A stretch of 64,000 nt of DNA from an uncultured virus (IMG/VR IMGVR_UViG_3300032163_000924) (Duplodnaviria; Heunggongvirae; Uroviricota; Caudoviricetes). A model generated the notes under the pieces. It did no database searches and was not told the DNA's origin. It saw only the letters and a list, made by a program, of their open reading frames with translations. Shown in pieces: positions 29,840 through 40,122 of this stretch. The translations under genes and the position numbers were made by a program. The DNA lies in IMG/VR virus record IMGVR_UViG_3300032163_000924, one strand, 5' to 3'. Each line of letters begins with the position of its first letter. Position 1 is the first letter of the stretch.

Positions 29840-30463
29840 ATGGATCTAAGAGAAATTGAAGAAAAAGTATGGGCAAATAAAAATGTATCTGATTTTTATT
29901 ATAACTGGCCTTTGGGTATGAAGCGTAGCGAATGGTTTGCAGAACAACTTAAAAAACACAAATTTAATTCTATATTTGAGGTTGGGCTAATGGGCGGGAG
30001 AAATATAAAAGTAATAAATGATTATATTCCAAATTTAATGTTAGGCGGGTTAGATATTAATAAAAGTGGAGTTTGTTATACAAGGGAAAAAATAATAAAT
30101 GGAAAATTTTATCATATGAGCGCATTTGATATTGATAAACTTGAAGATAACTGGGATATAATTTTTACTATGGGTACTATGATTCATTTAGCACCAGATT
30201 TAATACATGATTTTTGTAAAAAATTAATACTAAAAACTAATTATAGAATATTTCATATAGAATACAATGGTGGTGGCAAAATTATTAATGGGCCAAAAGA
30301 ATTATTCCCTACATCTGGAAAGATAACAAATAAGATTAGATGGGAACCAGATATAATTAGCATATATAAGAATATTGGAATTAAAGATATTAAAATTAGC
30401 ACATTACCAACTAATCTTAAAGCATCTGATATGAATAGTATTGTTGAAATAAAGTTAAAATGA
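29840..30463 (+). CDS. Class I SAM-dependent methyltransferase, paralogue of 27221-27841
   Basis: KRSEWFAEQLK, SIFEVGLMGGRN, GLDIN and WDIIFTMGTMIHL align with the upstream copy. Confidence 0.8.
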   Translation: MDLREIEEKVWANKNVSDFYYNWPLGMKRSEWFAEQLKKHKFNSIFEVGLMGGRNIKVINDYIPNLMLGGLDINKSGVCYTREKIINGKFYHMSAFDIDKLEDNWDIIFTMGTMIHLAPDLIHDFCKKLILKTNYRIFHIEYNGGGKIINGPKELFPTSGKITNKIRWEPDIISIYKNIGIKDIKISTLPTNLKASDMNSIVEIKLK

Positions 30464-31542
30464 CCAAAGTAGTAATGTTTTCAGATTTATTTTTACCAAC
30501 ATTTCCTTATCTAGACTTACCGTTATATGAAGAATTAAAATTGCGTGGTATCGAAGTTGTTTATGTTTTACAAGCAGGAGATGTACGACTTATTACACCA
30601 TCACTATCCCCAGCCTATTTACCCATAACTGCTACCATAAAAAAACCAAAACATATTGCCTCACTATTAACGGTAGATGATCTATTTGTTTGTCGTTTTG
30701 GCTATAAAGGTGACATACAAGAGGCTATTGACGCAATTAGGTCAAAAAAGTGTAGGATTTTGGCTTTAGATCCTGCTGCTGTGGATGTATCTTTTAGACA
30801 ATGCCAATCTACCTATTTAACTTCCAAATCGCCTTGGATGACGGAGCAAATAAATAAAGAGTTTCCTGGTGCTTATCAAAAAATATTTACCACAGGCACC
30901 ATGCACTTTGACGAAGCTTGGCGTGTAAAAGTTGATAAGGAAACATTTATGCGTTCCTATGGTTTCGATCCTAAAAAGCGATTAGCTATATTATGTAAAT
31001 CTAGTGCCGGAGAAATAGGACATCAGAAAGGTGTGGATGATGAATACAAGCAAATAGCCGAAATAGTTAGAAAGTGTTCAGATTATGAGTTGTTATTTAA
31101 ATGCCATCCCATCGATCATCATTCGCAATATCCTTTGGCGGCGGGCATATTTAGAAAAAATGAGCACTATGGACAAAAACCATCTTGGGAGTTATTATTT
31201 CCAGAGGGCATAAGAGTATTAAAACCAGAAGAAGGTTATATGGGGTTTAAGTGCGCGGATGTAATATTGAATGTTAGATCATCAGTGGGAATGGAGAGCA
31301 TGTTATTTCCTACGCCTCTAATAAACATAAATAGCCACAAATACTCAACTAACTGGCCAAAAGTCAACGAGGCCGGAATAATGAAAAATATAGAGTTGAA
31401 AGATTTGGAAAAGGTGCTAAAAAATAATGAATATGGTGTAAATAAAGATAAGTGCCTCGAACACGTAAAAAGATACTGTGATCCGGTAGCAGATGGTAGG
31501 GCATATGCTAGGATAGCAGATGTAATTGCGGGGTTAATATGA
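30460..31542 (+). CDS. GT-B carbohydrate transferase (TagF-like)
   Basis: TTGTMHFD, FKCHP, ADVILNVRSSVGMES and DGRAYARIAD motifs. Confidence 0.6.
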   Translation: MTKVVMFSDLFLPTFPYLDLPLYEELKLRGIEVVYVLQAGDVRLITPSLSPAYLPITATIKKPKHIASLLTVDDLFVCRFGYKGDIQEAIDAIRSKKCRILALDPAAVDVSFRQCQSTYLTSKSPWMTEQINKEFPGAYQKIFTTGTMHFDEAWRVKVDKETFMRSYGFDPKKRLAILCKSSAGEIGHQKGVDDEYKQIAEIVRKCSDYELLFKCHPIDHHSQYPLAAGIFRKNEHYGQKPSWELLFPEGIRVLKPEEGYMGFKCADVILNVRSSVGMESMLFPTPLININSHKYSTNWPKVNEAGIMKNIELKDLEKVLKNNEYGVNKDKCLEHVKRYCDPVADGRAYARIADVIAGLI

Positions 31543-32432
31543 GTAATTTGCTTTGTGTTTTGGGCGCGGAAAAGACAGGAACATCTACTTTGGTTGGTAT
31601 GTTAAATTGTCATCCAAAAATATTTATTATGCATGAGTGGTTTGTGGATAAAAAAGCCACTAGACACGGTAGCTATTCCTATACTTTTGATCCAAATATA
31701 AAGAAGGTAATGAGACGACATTCAAAACATTCGGTAGGAATATTATTTAAAGGAATGGCTAACCAGTTTGAAAAAGCAAAATATAACTATACATACTTCG
31801 GGGACAAGTGGGCAGAACTTGGCGATCTAAATAAAATAAAAGCAAGGATAAGTGATTTCGAAAGTTGTAGTGAAGTAAAAACTATATTCGCAATCAGAGA
31901 TATTAGAACTTGGATTTGTCATGAAAATATAAAAAAGATGTATAATAATGAAGACAATATCGTTCCAGTAGCTATTGATTATTTATATTATTATATAAAT
32001 AGTTTTAAATTGAAAAATAATATACAGGTTAGGATAGAGGATGTAATTTCTGATTATGACGCAGTATTGAAAAAGATACATTTATTTCTACAACCAGATA
32101 TAAATGATTTTATTATTCATGCTAACAAATGGTGGACAAAGATTGGCATTCCTAATTTTGGGTATAATACATTTCCAAAGACAACTCATAAATGGTGGTT
32201 ACATCATGGCTCTGCTCGCATAAAACCCAAACAAGCCCATATAGATGTTAAATTAAAATCTCATATATTTTGGGACGCAATATTACCGATTTTTGATAAA
32301 TACTATAATGGCAAAGTGGTATTAGGGGAGGTAGATATGGACTTACAAAATATACTTGATATGAAAGATTTATATAAAGCATCTATGGCAGAATGTTATG
32401 AGAATATAGTGTATAATAATTACAGAGTATGA
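31539..32432 (+). CDS. Sulfotransferase-family protein, paralogue of 28189-29061
   Basis: VLGAEKTGTS...LNCHP, YFGDKWA, IRDIRTW and WW...SA.IKP shared with the upstream copy. Confidence 0.8.
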   Translation: MSNLLCVLGAEKTGTSTLVGMLNCHPKIFIMHEWFVDKKATRHGSYSYTFDPNIKKVMRRHSKHSVGILFKGMANQFEKAKYNYTYFGDKWAELGDLNKIKARISDFESCSEVKTIFAIRDIRTWICHENIKKMYNNEDNIVPVAIDYLYYYINSFKLKNNIQVRIEDVISDYDAVLKKIHLFLQPDINDFIIHANKWWTKIGIPNFGYNTFPKTTHKWWLHHGSARIKPKQAHIDVKLKSHIFWDAILPIFDKYYNGKVVLGEVDMDLQNILDMKDLYKASMAECYENIVYNNYRV

Positions 32433-32440
32433 GATCTATT

Positions 32441-32686
32441 ATGAATAATATAATAAAAATGATATATCATACTCAAATGGAAGACGACGTGGGACAAAAT
32501 ATAATAAAATCACTCGAATGGTTTAATGATACAGAAATAATAGGGTTACAAGAGAGTAAAGTATATTTTATATATGCAGATGCGGCCGCAAAACTATACA
32601 ATTTTCTTGTAAACAAAGATAGTTTAATAGAAGCCGGAATAAATAAGCGAAACAAAATAATAGCCAAATACGGATTTAAGAAATGA
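32441..32686 (+). CDS. Small protein, KxxY N-terminal-motif family
   Basis: MNNIIKMIYHTQM from ATG 32441 (alternative ATG 32429). Confidence 0.55.
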   Translation: MNNIIKMIYHTQMEDDVGQNIIKSLEWFNDTEIIGLQESKVYFIYADAAAKLYNFLVNKDSLIEAGINKRNKIIAKYGFKK

Positions 32687-33438
32687 TTATTAATATTTGT
32701 ATGAATTTTTGGGCTATGGGTGGGGCAGAAATTGGCTATAAAAGAATAGCCGCTAAACTTTCAGAATATGAATGGCTCTTTACCACGGAAGTAGATTCAA
32801 AATCTGATTTGGTTATATATTCTAATAACGACAAGTATTACCATCAAGCTAAAAAATATAATATTCCTACCATATTACGCACCACAGGACCCCGTTCATA
32901 TAATATTGTACAACCACTTGATCTTGCTGCGGTAATATGTAGTTCCAAAAAAGCCTATAAACTATCAAAGCATCCTAAAAAACAACTTATATACAATGGT
33001 ATAGATTTCGAACATTTAGCAACTATAAAACCTATTAAATGCGATATCTTGTATGCACCAGCCAGACAGGGAATGGGACAGAAAATAGAGGTAGCGGCAG
33101 AGTGGGCCAGATCACATAATAGAAAGCTTACTTGCTTGGGTGATAAACAGCATCTGGTTGAGGACACAGCGACCGTATTGAGACGCAAATACCCGGAAGT
33201 AGTATGGACGGGGTTGGTTGATAATAATACGGCTTTGGGCTATATACGCGGTTGTAATAGTGGTATTATGCCGACATCAACGCACGGAGTTTCAAATTTT
33301 ATCATAGAGTGTGTGGCGGCAGATAAGCCAATAATAAATATTGGCGGTGTAGAAATACCAGACAAGAAAGATATTGATTTAAATAACACGGTAAATAGCT
33401 ATCGATTATTAATAGAAAATGTGCTTAAAACCAAATAG
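32683..33438 (+). CDS. Short GT4-like glycosyltransferase
   Basis: MGGAE, IYNGID and FIIECVAADKPII motifs. Confidence 0.7.
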   Translation: MIINICMNFWAMGGAEIGYKRIAAKLSEYEWLFTTEVDSKSDLVIYSNNDKYYHQAKKYNIPTILRTTGPRSYNIVQPLDLAAVICSSKKAYKLSKHPKKQLIYNGIDFEHLATIKPIKCDILYAPARQGMGQKIEVAAEWARSHNRKLTCLGDKQHLVEDTATVLRRKYPEVVWTGLVDNNTALGYIRGCNSGIMPTSTHGVSNFIIECVAADKPIINIGGVEIPDKKDIDLNNTVNSYRLLIENVLKTK

Positions 33439-33609
33439 TGTAGGTGTGAATTATTCTATGATATCATCTATTTAAGTGTTCCTAATCCCCCATTTTATTT
33501 AAAAGCCTAGATACATAAGGATAAATACGATTTTAGAATATGCTTATTAAATGAAACGAAAACGAAACAAAAAACTATCAATATTTATATCATAAGTGAG
33601 AGGTGAAGT

Positions 33610-33822
33610 ATGAAAACGAAACAGATTAGAGTATCAGATGCCGTAATAAAAACGCTGGATGACTTGGCCGAAGAGTATGATATTGATAGAAAATCTCTGG
33701 TTAATGTATCTTTGGTTATTATGAAATGGGCATTAGAAAATAAAGCTAACACCATTGAGATTACCGATGCGGAAGGCGTCAAGAAAAGTATGATAATACC
33801 ACTGATCGTAGGAAAGAAATGA
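33610..33822 (+). CDS. Ribbon-helix-helix (CopG/Arc-like) DNA-binding protein
   Basis: KQIRVSD beta strand then helices LDDLAEEYDI and RKSLVN; GAGGTG RBS. Confidence 0.6.
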   Translation: MKTKQIRVSDAVIKTLDDLAEEYDIDRKSLVNVSLVIMKWALENKANTIEITDAEGVKKSMIIPLIVGKK

Positions 33823-34667
33823 AGGTTAATATAATATCTTCAGATCCTACTTGGATCTATGGGCAATTTATAGAACAATTTAAAAAGTATTCTAAATACG
33901 AAATACTATTAAATGCCAAAAGCGGCTATGATTTAGTTCATTTTTTACCATACTATGAACAATATAAAGTAAATTATCCATCAACTGCTTGGTTCAGTCA
34001 TCAAGAACTTAAAAATCCAATAAGAGATAAATTTATATCGGCTGGCAAGGAAGTTAATTTCTGTTTTAGTCATTCAAATAAATATGCCAATATACTTTAT
34101 AAGGGTGGTATAGATAAATCAAAAATCAAACAAGTAATGCCTGGCGTAGATTTAGATAAGTTCAAACAAAGAGAGCAATTGCCAGATAATAGAAATAAAT
34201 TAGTTGCCGGATATGTTGGAAGACAATATACTTCAAGCAATAGAAAAAATCCAAATCTTCTATATAAATTTGCCAAACTTTCCTTTGTTGAATTCAGGGC
34301 TACGGATGGAAAAATACCAGAAAACGAAATGCCTAAATTTTATGCTGATTTAGATATTACTATAAGTCCAGCCACAGTAGAGGGTGGCCCGATGAGTATA
34401 TTAGAAAGTCTCGCTGTTGGAGTTCCTATTTTGTGCTATGAAAATGTTGGTGTATCGGATGAATTCGGTATAGGTTGTTTTAGAACTCCATTTGGTGATG
34501 AGGAAAGAATTTTTGACCAATTAGAAAATTTTTGGACAGCGAAAATTTATAAGCATTTTAACAAGACAGAACTAATGAATAAGATGCGAGAACAAGTGAA
34601 AGAATTTACTTGGGCTAATTTTGTTAAGGCGCATGACGAGGTTTTTGATGATATCATTAATAAATAA
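33819..34667 (+). CDS. Glycosyltransferase family 4
   Basis: PGVDLDKF, GYVGR, EGGPMSILESLAVGVP and FTW motifs. Confidence 0.8.
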   Translation: MKVNIISSDPTWIYGQFIEQFKKYSKYEILLNAKSGYDLVHFLPYYEQYKVNYPSTAWFSHQELKNPIRDKFISAGKEVNFCFSHSNKYANILYKGGIDKSKIKQVMPGVDLDKFKQREQLPDNRNKLVAGYVGRQYTSSNRKNPNLLYKFAKLSFVEFRATDGKIPENEMPKFYADLDITISPATVEGGPMSILESLAVGVPILCYENVGVSDEFGIGCFRTPFGDEERIFDQLENFWTAKIYKHFNKTELMNKMREQVKEFTWANFVKAHDEVFDDIINK

Positions 34668-35775
34668 AAAATTTGATAAATTACAAGTTATTAAATTGCA
34701 TCACAAAGATAAGAGAAACAGACTATACTACATATGTAAATGTGATTGTGGAATGATAACAAAACCAATAAGAAATGATAGTCTTACACTTGGTATTAAG
34801 AAATCATGCGGGGCCGGATTATGCAGTAACCATATTTTAAATATAATTGGAAAAAAATTTGGCAAATTGTTAGTAATAAATTTTTCACATTTAGATCATC
34901 AAGGAAAAGCGAGATGGATATGTAAATGTGATTGTGGTATTATTACAAAACCATTATCATCTGATAATCTTATAAGAAATGAAATCAGTTCATGCGGTAA
35001 TACATTATGTCATGGTCTGACCAAAAGTCTAATGGGAAAGAAATTTGGAAAGTTAATTGTAAATGATTTAGATAATAGTAAGAATATTAATGGACAATTA
35101 TATTGGATGTGTAAATGTGAATGCGGAAGTATAAAATCCATTAATGGACAATCTTTGAAAAATGGTAAAACAATTTCGTGCGGTAATGGATTTTGTAATG
35201 GTATGGCAGATAATTTAATAAATAAGAAGTTCGGTACATTGACAGTAATAGAATATTGTGATAAAATAGCAAATAAATTATATTGGAAGTGCAAGTGTGA
35301 TTGCGGAAGTATAATTGATTATTGTAGGTCGGATGTAATAAAAAATCATAAAAATAAATTATGCCAATGCAATAGATTTAGCGGAGAGAAATTATTAACA
35401 AGTATACTGCAACAAATATATGATAATTTTTATATAAAAAGACATTATATTCCAGATTTTTTGAAACCACAACATGTAGATGGGTGCCTGTTTGATAAAA
35501 ATACGAATAAACCATTTTTAGCATTTGAATATGATGGCGAACAACATTTTAAGCCAGTTAGATTTGGAGGAATTGGCAAAAAAGAAGCCACTAAATTGTT
35601 CGAATATACAAAAAATCTTGATATGAAGAAAAATATCAAAATGAGAGAAAATAAAGATAAAATACCATTTTTTATAAGAATACCATTTGATTACGAAATT
35701 ACAATTGATAATATTAAGAATATTTTGATTAAAAATAAAATACCGCTCACGCAAATAGGAATTGGATTAATATGA
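34648..35775 (+). CDS. Free-standing endonuclease with KKFGKL/CxCDCG repeats and Vsr-like domain
   Basis: Four GKKFGKL.V...W.CKCDCG...SCG repeats; LAFEYDGEQHF and FIRIPF. Confidence 0.8.
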   Translation: MISLINKKFDKLQVIKLHHKDKRNRLYYICKCDCGMITKPIRNDSLTLGIKKSCGAGLCSNHILNIIGKKFGKLLVINFSHLDHQGKARWICKCDCGIITKPLSSDNLIRNEISSCGNTLCHGLTKSLMGKKFGKLIVNDLDNSKNINGQLYWMCKCECGSIKSINGQSLKNGKTISCGNGFCNGMADNLINKKFGTLTVIEYCDKIANKLYWKCKCDCGSIIDYCRSDVIKNHKNKLCQCNRFSGEKLLTSILQQIYDNFYIKRHYIPDFLKPQHVDGCLFDKNTNKPFLAFEYDGEQHFKPVRFGGIGKKEATKLFEYTKNLDMKKNIKMRENKDKIPFFIRIPFDYEITIDNIKNILIKNKIPLTQIGIGLI

Positions 35776-36407
35776 GAATAGACTTAATAGATAAACCTTG
35801 TACTTTTCATTACGAAGATAAGGATGGCAATAGCATTCCTTTTGACTTACAACAGGGCTTTCCAGGTAAAGGATGGCATGCGCAATTTTCTAAAAGTTTA
35901 TTGGTTCATGAAAGTATTTGTTTTAATGATGATGGTAAAGATTTGTTGCCAGTTAAATTCGCAAAGTGGTTAATAAATATGGGCAAGCAACTGCTACGAA
36001 AAATGCCTGATAGTTGGAAAAAAACTGGCGGTTCTATGAGTTTTAATTCCACCATTAATAGTGCTTGGCCGATTGTTAAATACCTAAAAGAAAAGCGCGG
36101 ATTTACTTTTCATGATGCTTGTGTGGTGGCCAGTGAGTTATGTGATCACTGTGGCTCAATTATAGAGTGGGAGTTGGCAGATCAGGATCCTAATAGTCCA
36201 GCAAATCAGGCCTATTTAAAAACTTGCAGATCGCATTGTAAAAATTGTAAGACCATAGATCCGGAGTATTTTATACGAAGAAGAATGTGGGCTTGTTATA
36301 GGACCTTGAAGTTGGAGGGCGATATTGGAAAAGCGTATAAAGAAATATCAGCTAACGCAGCAGAAGGTTATTGGGATAAGGCAAGATGCGACCCGCCGAT
36401 AAAATGA
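35772..36407 (+). CDS. Hypothetical protein (Cys/His-rich C-terminal half)
   Basis: Coupled ORF with CDHC and CxxHCxxC; no family recognised. Confidence 0.55.
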   Translation: MRIDLIDKPCTFHYEDKDGNSIPFDLQQGFPGKGWHAQFSKSLLVHESICFNDDGKDLLPVKFAKWLINMGKQLLRKMPDSWKKTGGSMSFNSTINSAWPIVKYLKEKRGFTFHDACVVASELCDHCGSIIEWELADQDPNSPANQAYLKTCRSHCKNCKTIDPEYFIRRRMWACYRTLKLEGDIGKAYKEISANAAEGYWDKARCDPPIK

Positions 36408-37081
36408 ACAAATTTTCATTATCATTAGATGATTATTCACCAAAGCCAGGTACCAATGATTTGACTTGGGCTAACAAACTAATAGAATTTTACCCAGATA
36501 TTAAGATTGATTTATTTGTGCCAGCTGCCTATGCGCGTTTAGGAGAAAAACAGCATTATTTGCATTTAGAGCAAAACTGGATAGATGAAACGAAAAATCT
36601 GCCAGTATCAAACTATCGTATTAATTTACACGGTTTATATCATAGACGCTCTAAAAAAGATTTCCCTTGGCACACAGGCATAGAGAGTAATAACAATGAA
36701 TGGGAAAATCTAACCTATCAACAAGCAGACAACTTATTAAATAAAGTAGAGGAGGAGTTTGAAAAGATTGGCTTAAAGCATACTCACGTATTTAGATCTC
36801 CTGGGTGGCATATAGGAATAGAGGCAGTAAAGTTGCTTATCGATAGAGGATATACAATAGCCGGAGACGATCGGTATTATCAGAAATATAAATCCCTGCC
36901 AAAATTAAAGTGGTTTTCATACAACTGGGACTTATTAACAGAACCACTACAAGGCGATATAGTAGCATATGGGCACTCATCGGACTGGAACAAAAACCAT
37001 TTAAATGAAGGAAACTACCATAAAATAATGAAAGTGTTAGAAAAACAAGAATATGAATTTAGATTTATAGAGGAGATGTGA
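36404..37081 (+). CDS. Polysaccharide deacetylase (CE4/DUF2334-like)
   Basis: LSLDD, LHGLYH, FRSPGW and YGH motifs. Confidence 0.75.
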   Translation: MNKFSLSLDDYSPKPGTNDLTWANKLIEFYPDIKIDLFVPAAYARLGEKQHYLHLEQNWIDETKNLPVSNYRINLHGLYHRRSKKDFPWHTGIESNNNEWENLTYQQADNLLNKVEEEFEKIGLKHTHVFRSPGWHIGIEAVKLLIDRGYTIAGDDRYYQKYKSLPKLKWFSYNWDLLTEPLQGDIVAYGHSSDWNKNHLNEGNYHKIMKVLEKQEYEFRFIEEM

Positions 37082-37082
37082 T

Positions 37083-38195
37083 ATGAAGAAAATATTAGGA
37101 ATTTTGTGTTTGGTATTAGCGGCGTGTATTCAAACTTCACAGGCGGCTACACCAGCTCCAGTTAAAGGATACATAGTTGTATTTAAAGATAGTGTTGGAA
37201 GTGTGCCGGATGTAGCAAACGAAATGGCCAAGCAACATGCCTTTAAAGTTGATAGAACTTATGGAGTTGCTCTTAAAGGATTTACTGCAAAGATGCCCGC
37301 GGCTGTATTGGACAAAGTAAAAGCCGACGCAAGAGTTCAGTATGTAGAGGAAGATGTTGAGGCATCAGCATTAGGGATATCAGAAACATTTATAACAAAT
37401 AGCTTGCTTGCGATAGATTGCTCAACTCAACCATTACAAAAAATTGATTATGGTGTTAAGCGTGTAGGTGGTGGTATTACTACTTCTAATCATATAGCTT
37501 GGATAATTGATACTGGTATTGATTTAGTTAGTTGCGACCTAAATATTGATTTGATGCGCAGTAAAAACTTTGTACCTCTTGAAACCAGCCCACAGGATAA
37601 AAATGGACACGGAACTCATGTAGCCGGAATTATTGCCGCAAAGAATAATGGCATAGGAACTGTTGGCGTAACACCAGATACCCGTGTAGTTGCTGTTAGA
37701 GTATTGGGGGCAACTGGAACAGGGGCATCATCAACTATTTTAGCTGGTGTTGATTATGTTGCTAAATCTGGAACAGCCGGAGATGTAGTAAATATGAGTT
37801 TGGGTTTTGCTGGTCATCTCCAAAGTTATCACGATGCTATTAACAAGACGGCTAATTTAGGAATATTCTTTGCTATATCGGCTGGCAATAGTGCGGCCAA
37901 TACTGCGGGCTATGAACCAGCGCATGTAGAAAATAGTAGAGTATTTACAGTTTCGGCTATAAGCAGCACTGATACTTTTGCTTCATTTTCTAATTGGGGT
38001 AATCCACCTGTTGATTTTGCCGCTCCTGGTATGAGTATTTTATCTACCAAAATGGGTGGTGGAACTATGTATATGAGTGGCACCTCTATGGCAGCACCTC
38101 ATGTAGCAGGTTTATTATTACTTGGTGTTGTTCATACAGATAAATATGCTATTGGGGATCCTGATGGTAATCCAGATCCAATAGCACATAATTAA
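37083..38195 (+). CDS. Secreted subtilisin-family (S8) protease with I9 propeptide
   Basis: Signal peptide; YIVVFK...GF...VQYVEED propeptide; IIDTGI, HGTHVAG, SAGN and SGTSMAAPHVAG. Confidence 0.95.
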   Translation: MKKILGILCLVLAACIQTSQAATPAPVKGYIVVFKDSVGSVPDVANEMAKQHAFKVDRTYGVALKGFTAKMPAAVLDKVKADARVQYVEEDVEASALGISETFITNSLLAIDCSTQPLQKIDYGVKRVGGGITTSNHIAWIIDTGIDLVSCDLNIDLMRSKNFVPLETSPQDKNGHGTHVAGIIAAKNNGIGTVGVTPDTRVVAVRVLGATGTGASSTILAGVDYVAKSGTAGDVVNMSLGFAGHLQSYHDAINKTANLGIFFAISAGNSAANTAGYEPAHVENSRVFTVSAISSTDTFASFSNWGNPPVDFAAPGMSILSTKMGGGTMYMSGTSMAAPHVAGLLLLGVVHTDKYAIGDPDGNPDPIAHN

Positions 38196-38205
38196 AGGAA
38201 TAAAT

Positions 38206-38733
38206 ATGACCAAAGAAGAAAGAATGGAAAAGATGCGACAAATTAGTGGGGCCCAAACATCGAGTGATCCTTTGGTTTCATTTTTGTATGGTTTAATCCG
38301 AGATCATTTACCTGCAGGAACAGTTGAGAGAATGGTGTTAGATGTAGAAGAAGAACTAACTACCAGATTATTCTCAAACGGATGGTTAGCTCAATACGCA
38401 ATGAACCTCGCAGATCGTCTTAAAAATGCTAATGTAAATCAATTGGCCCAAGAAATAGAAGTGGTATTTGGTGATGGACAAGAACCAAACCCTTCAGATA
38501 AACGGCCATCATTTAAGAAGGATGTATTGGAAAAGATTAAGCAAAATATAAGAGACTATGAATTGGAAGAGGAAGAAACAGATGATTTGGGATTATCGTT
38601 GGTAAATGAATTAGAAGCATCGGGACAATTACCAAAAGAAGAGGCGGATAGATTGAAAAAAGAGATAGAAGAGTGTATAAAACTAACAGGGCAGGAACAA
38701 CAGCCCGAGGAGAAGAAAGATGGAGAGCAGTGA
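38206..38733 (+). CDS. Hypothetical protein
   Basis: AAGGA RBS; acidic C-terminal half. Confidence 0.6.
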   Translation: MTKEERMEKMRQISGAQTSSDPLVSFLYGLIRDHLPAGTVERMVLDVEEELTTRLFSNGWLAQYAMNLADRLKNANVNQLAQEIEVVFGDGQEPNPSDKRPSFKKDVLEKIKQNIRDYELEEEETDDLGLSLVNELEASGQLPKEEADRLKKEIEECIKLTGQEQQPEEKKDGEQ

Positions 38734-39103
38734 AGAACAGGTTATGGCAGATGTGTTGATGAAGAAACTAAATTCGATTAAGTTGGCAAGCTACAACAAA
38801 TTATCATGGTTTGGAAAAGTAGTGTTTAAAGTAAAAAGTATATTTGGACGAACTGAACCGGTATATGATTGGAATACTATTGTGTCAGCTATGATGGAAA
38901 TGGGAGAGCAGGGAATAGGTAAGATATTGCATTATAGTGAGGGGCCTATGATTCTTACAGGTGGTGGCACGGTTGAAGAAGAAGCTCCAAGTGAAACCGA
39001 GCATGTTGTAGGTGATAATGGCGCGGATGTTACGCCTGAATTTGGATTTAGCCACAAAGATATGGCTACAAGACAGTTAGAATTTTTAGATAGAAGGAAA
39101 TGA
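38720..39103 (+). CDS. Hypothetical protein
   Basis: GAGGAG RBS; overlaps neighbours. Confidence 0.55.
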   Translation: MESSEEQVMADVLMKKLNSIKLASYNKLSWFGKVVFKVKSIFGRTEPVYDWNTIVSAMMEMGEQGIGKILHYSEGPMILTGGGTVEEEAPSETEHVVGDNGADVTPEFGFSHKDMATRQLEFLDRRK

Positions 39104-39318
39104 AAGAATATAAATTGCAGTGTCCATTTTTTGAAGGAGTATATACGCCAGTTAGATGCTCCGGTGTATTAGAATATTTGGATGATGCTGTCCAACTCGG
39201 AGCAAATCAGCCGAGGAAAGTTGAACAAAATGATCATATAGAAACTTTTGTGTGCGAAAAATGTAGTAAGACCTACATGAGAAGATGGAAATGGCGGGAA
39301 TTAGGGAGCAATAAATGA
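39100..39318 (+). CDS. Small putative zinc-ribbon protein
   Basis: CP...C and CEKC; ATGA overlap. Confidence 0.5.
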   Translation: MKEYKLQCPFFEGVYTPVRCSGVLEYLDDAVQLGANQPRKVEQNDHIETFVCEKCSKTYMRRWKWRELGSNK

Positions 39319-39524
39319 AGCAGAATAAAAAAAGAAAGGCAGTAGAGTTTGATTGCGTCTCTCTAAAATTTAAAGCAGAAAAGAAAGTATTCTGGGATGA
39401 TGTGTGTGAAATAGCGACAGAAGTAAATAAGTGGCCTGCGTGGAAACAATGTAAATATGAGGTAGATGGTACGCATAAAGATTGTCATCTGCATCTAACA
39501 TCTAAAATACGAGGCAAGAAGTAA
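39315..39524 (+). CDS. Hypothetical protein
   Basis: GGGAG RBS; stop abuts next ATG. Confidence 0.5.
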   Translation: MKQNKKRKAVEFDCVSLKFKAEKKVFWDDVCEIATEVNKWPAWKQCKYEVDGTHKDCHLHLTSKIRGKK

Positions 39525-40112
39525 ATGGATGGCTACCCAATTCCAAAAATCAAGAAATGGCGAAAAGAATTGTATAGTGAAACTCGCTATGCCATAATAC
39601 AATGGTTAGAGAAAGAATTGCCTTTGGTTTCTGGTAGTGTATTGAATATTGGCGCAGGTGGATGGCAAGTTCCGAAGCAATTATTGGATTTTAAGAAAGT
39701 TAAAGAATATAAAACTTTCGATCAAAAGCATTATGGCGACAATACGAATAAGGTTGATTTTTACGGTGATATACAGAACATGCCACAGGATTGGACTAAT
39801 AAATGGGATGTGGTTTTGTGTATAGAAGTGATAGAATGTGTGCCTGATATGTTTAAGGCGTTCAGTGAAATGTATAGGATTTTGAAGCCTGGCGGTTTAT
39901 TATTGCTTACTTGTCCATTCTCATATCGCTGGTTTGGTGATGGGTCTTGGGGTGATAGCAAAAAGGATAAGCGTGGCATAGTTGATTTATGGCGGCCTAC
40001 GAAGCAAGGATTAACATTGATGGCCAAACAATTTTCAGATACAAAAATAGAAGGTTTTGGTGGTAGTGGTGAACATGACAGGTTTGGCCATTGTTTGAAG
40101 GCAACAAAATAG
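39525..40112 (+). CDS. Class I SAM-dependent methyltransferase (type 11-like)
   Basis: VLNIGAG, WDVVLCIEVIE, EMYRILKPGG and DLWR motifs. Confidence 0.85.
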   Translation: MDGYPIPKIKKWRKELYSETRYAIIQWLEKELPLVSGSVLNIGAGGWQVPKQLLDFKKVKEYKTFDQKHYGDNTNKVDFYGDIQNMPQDWTNKWDVVLCIEVIECVPDMFKAFSEMYRILKPGGLLLLTCPFSYRWFGDGSWGDSKKDKRGIVDLWRPTKQGLTLMAKQFSDTKIEGFGGSGEHDRFGHCLKATK

Positions 40113-40122
40113 GAGATTGGAC

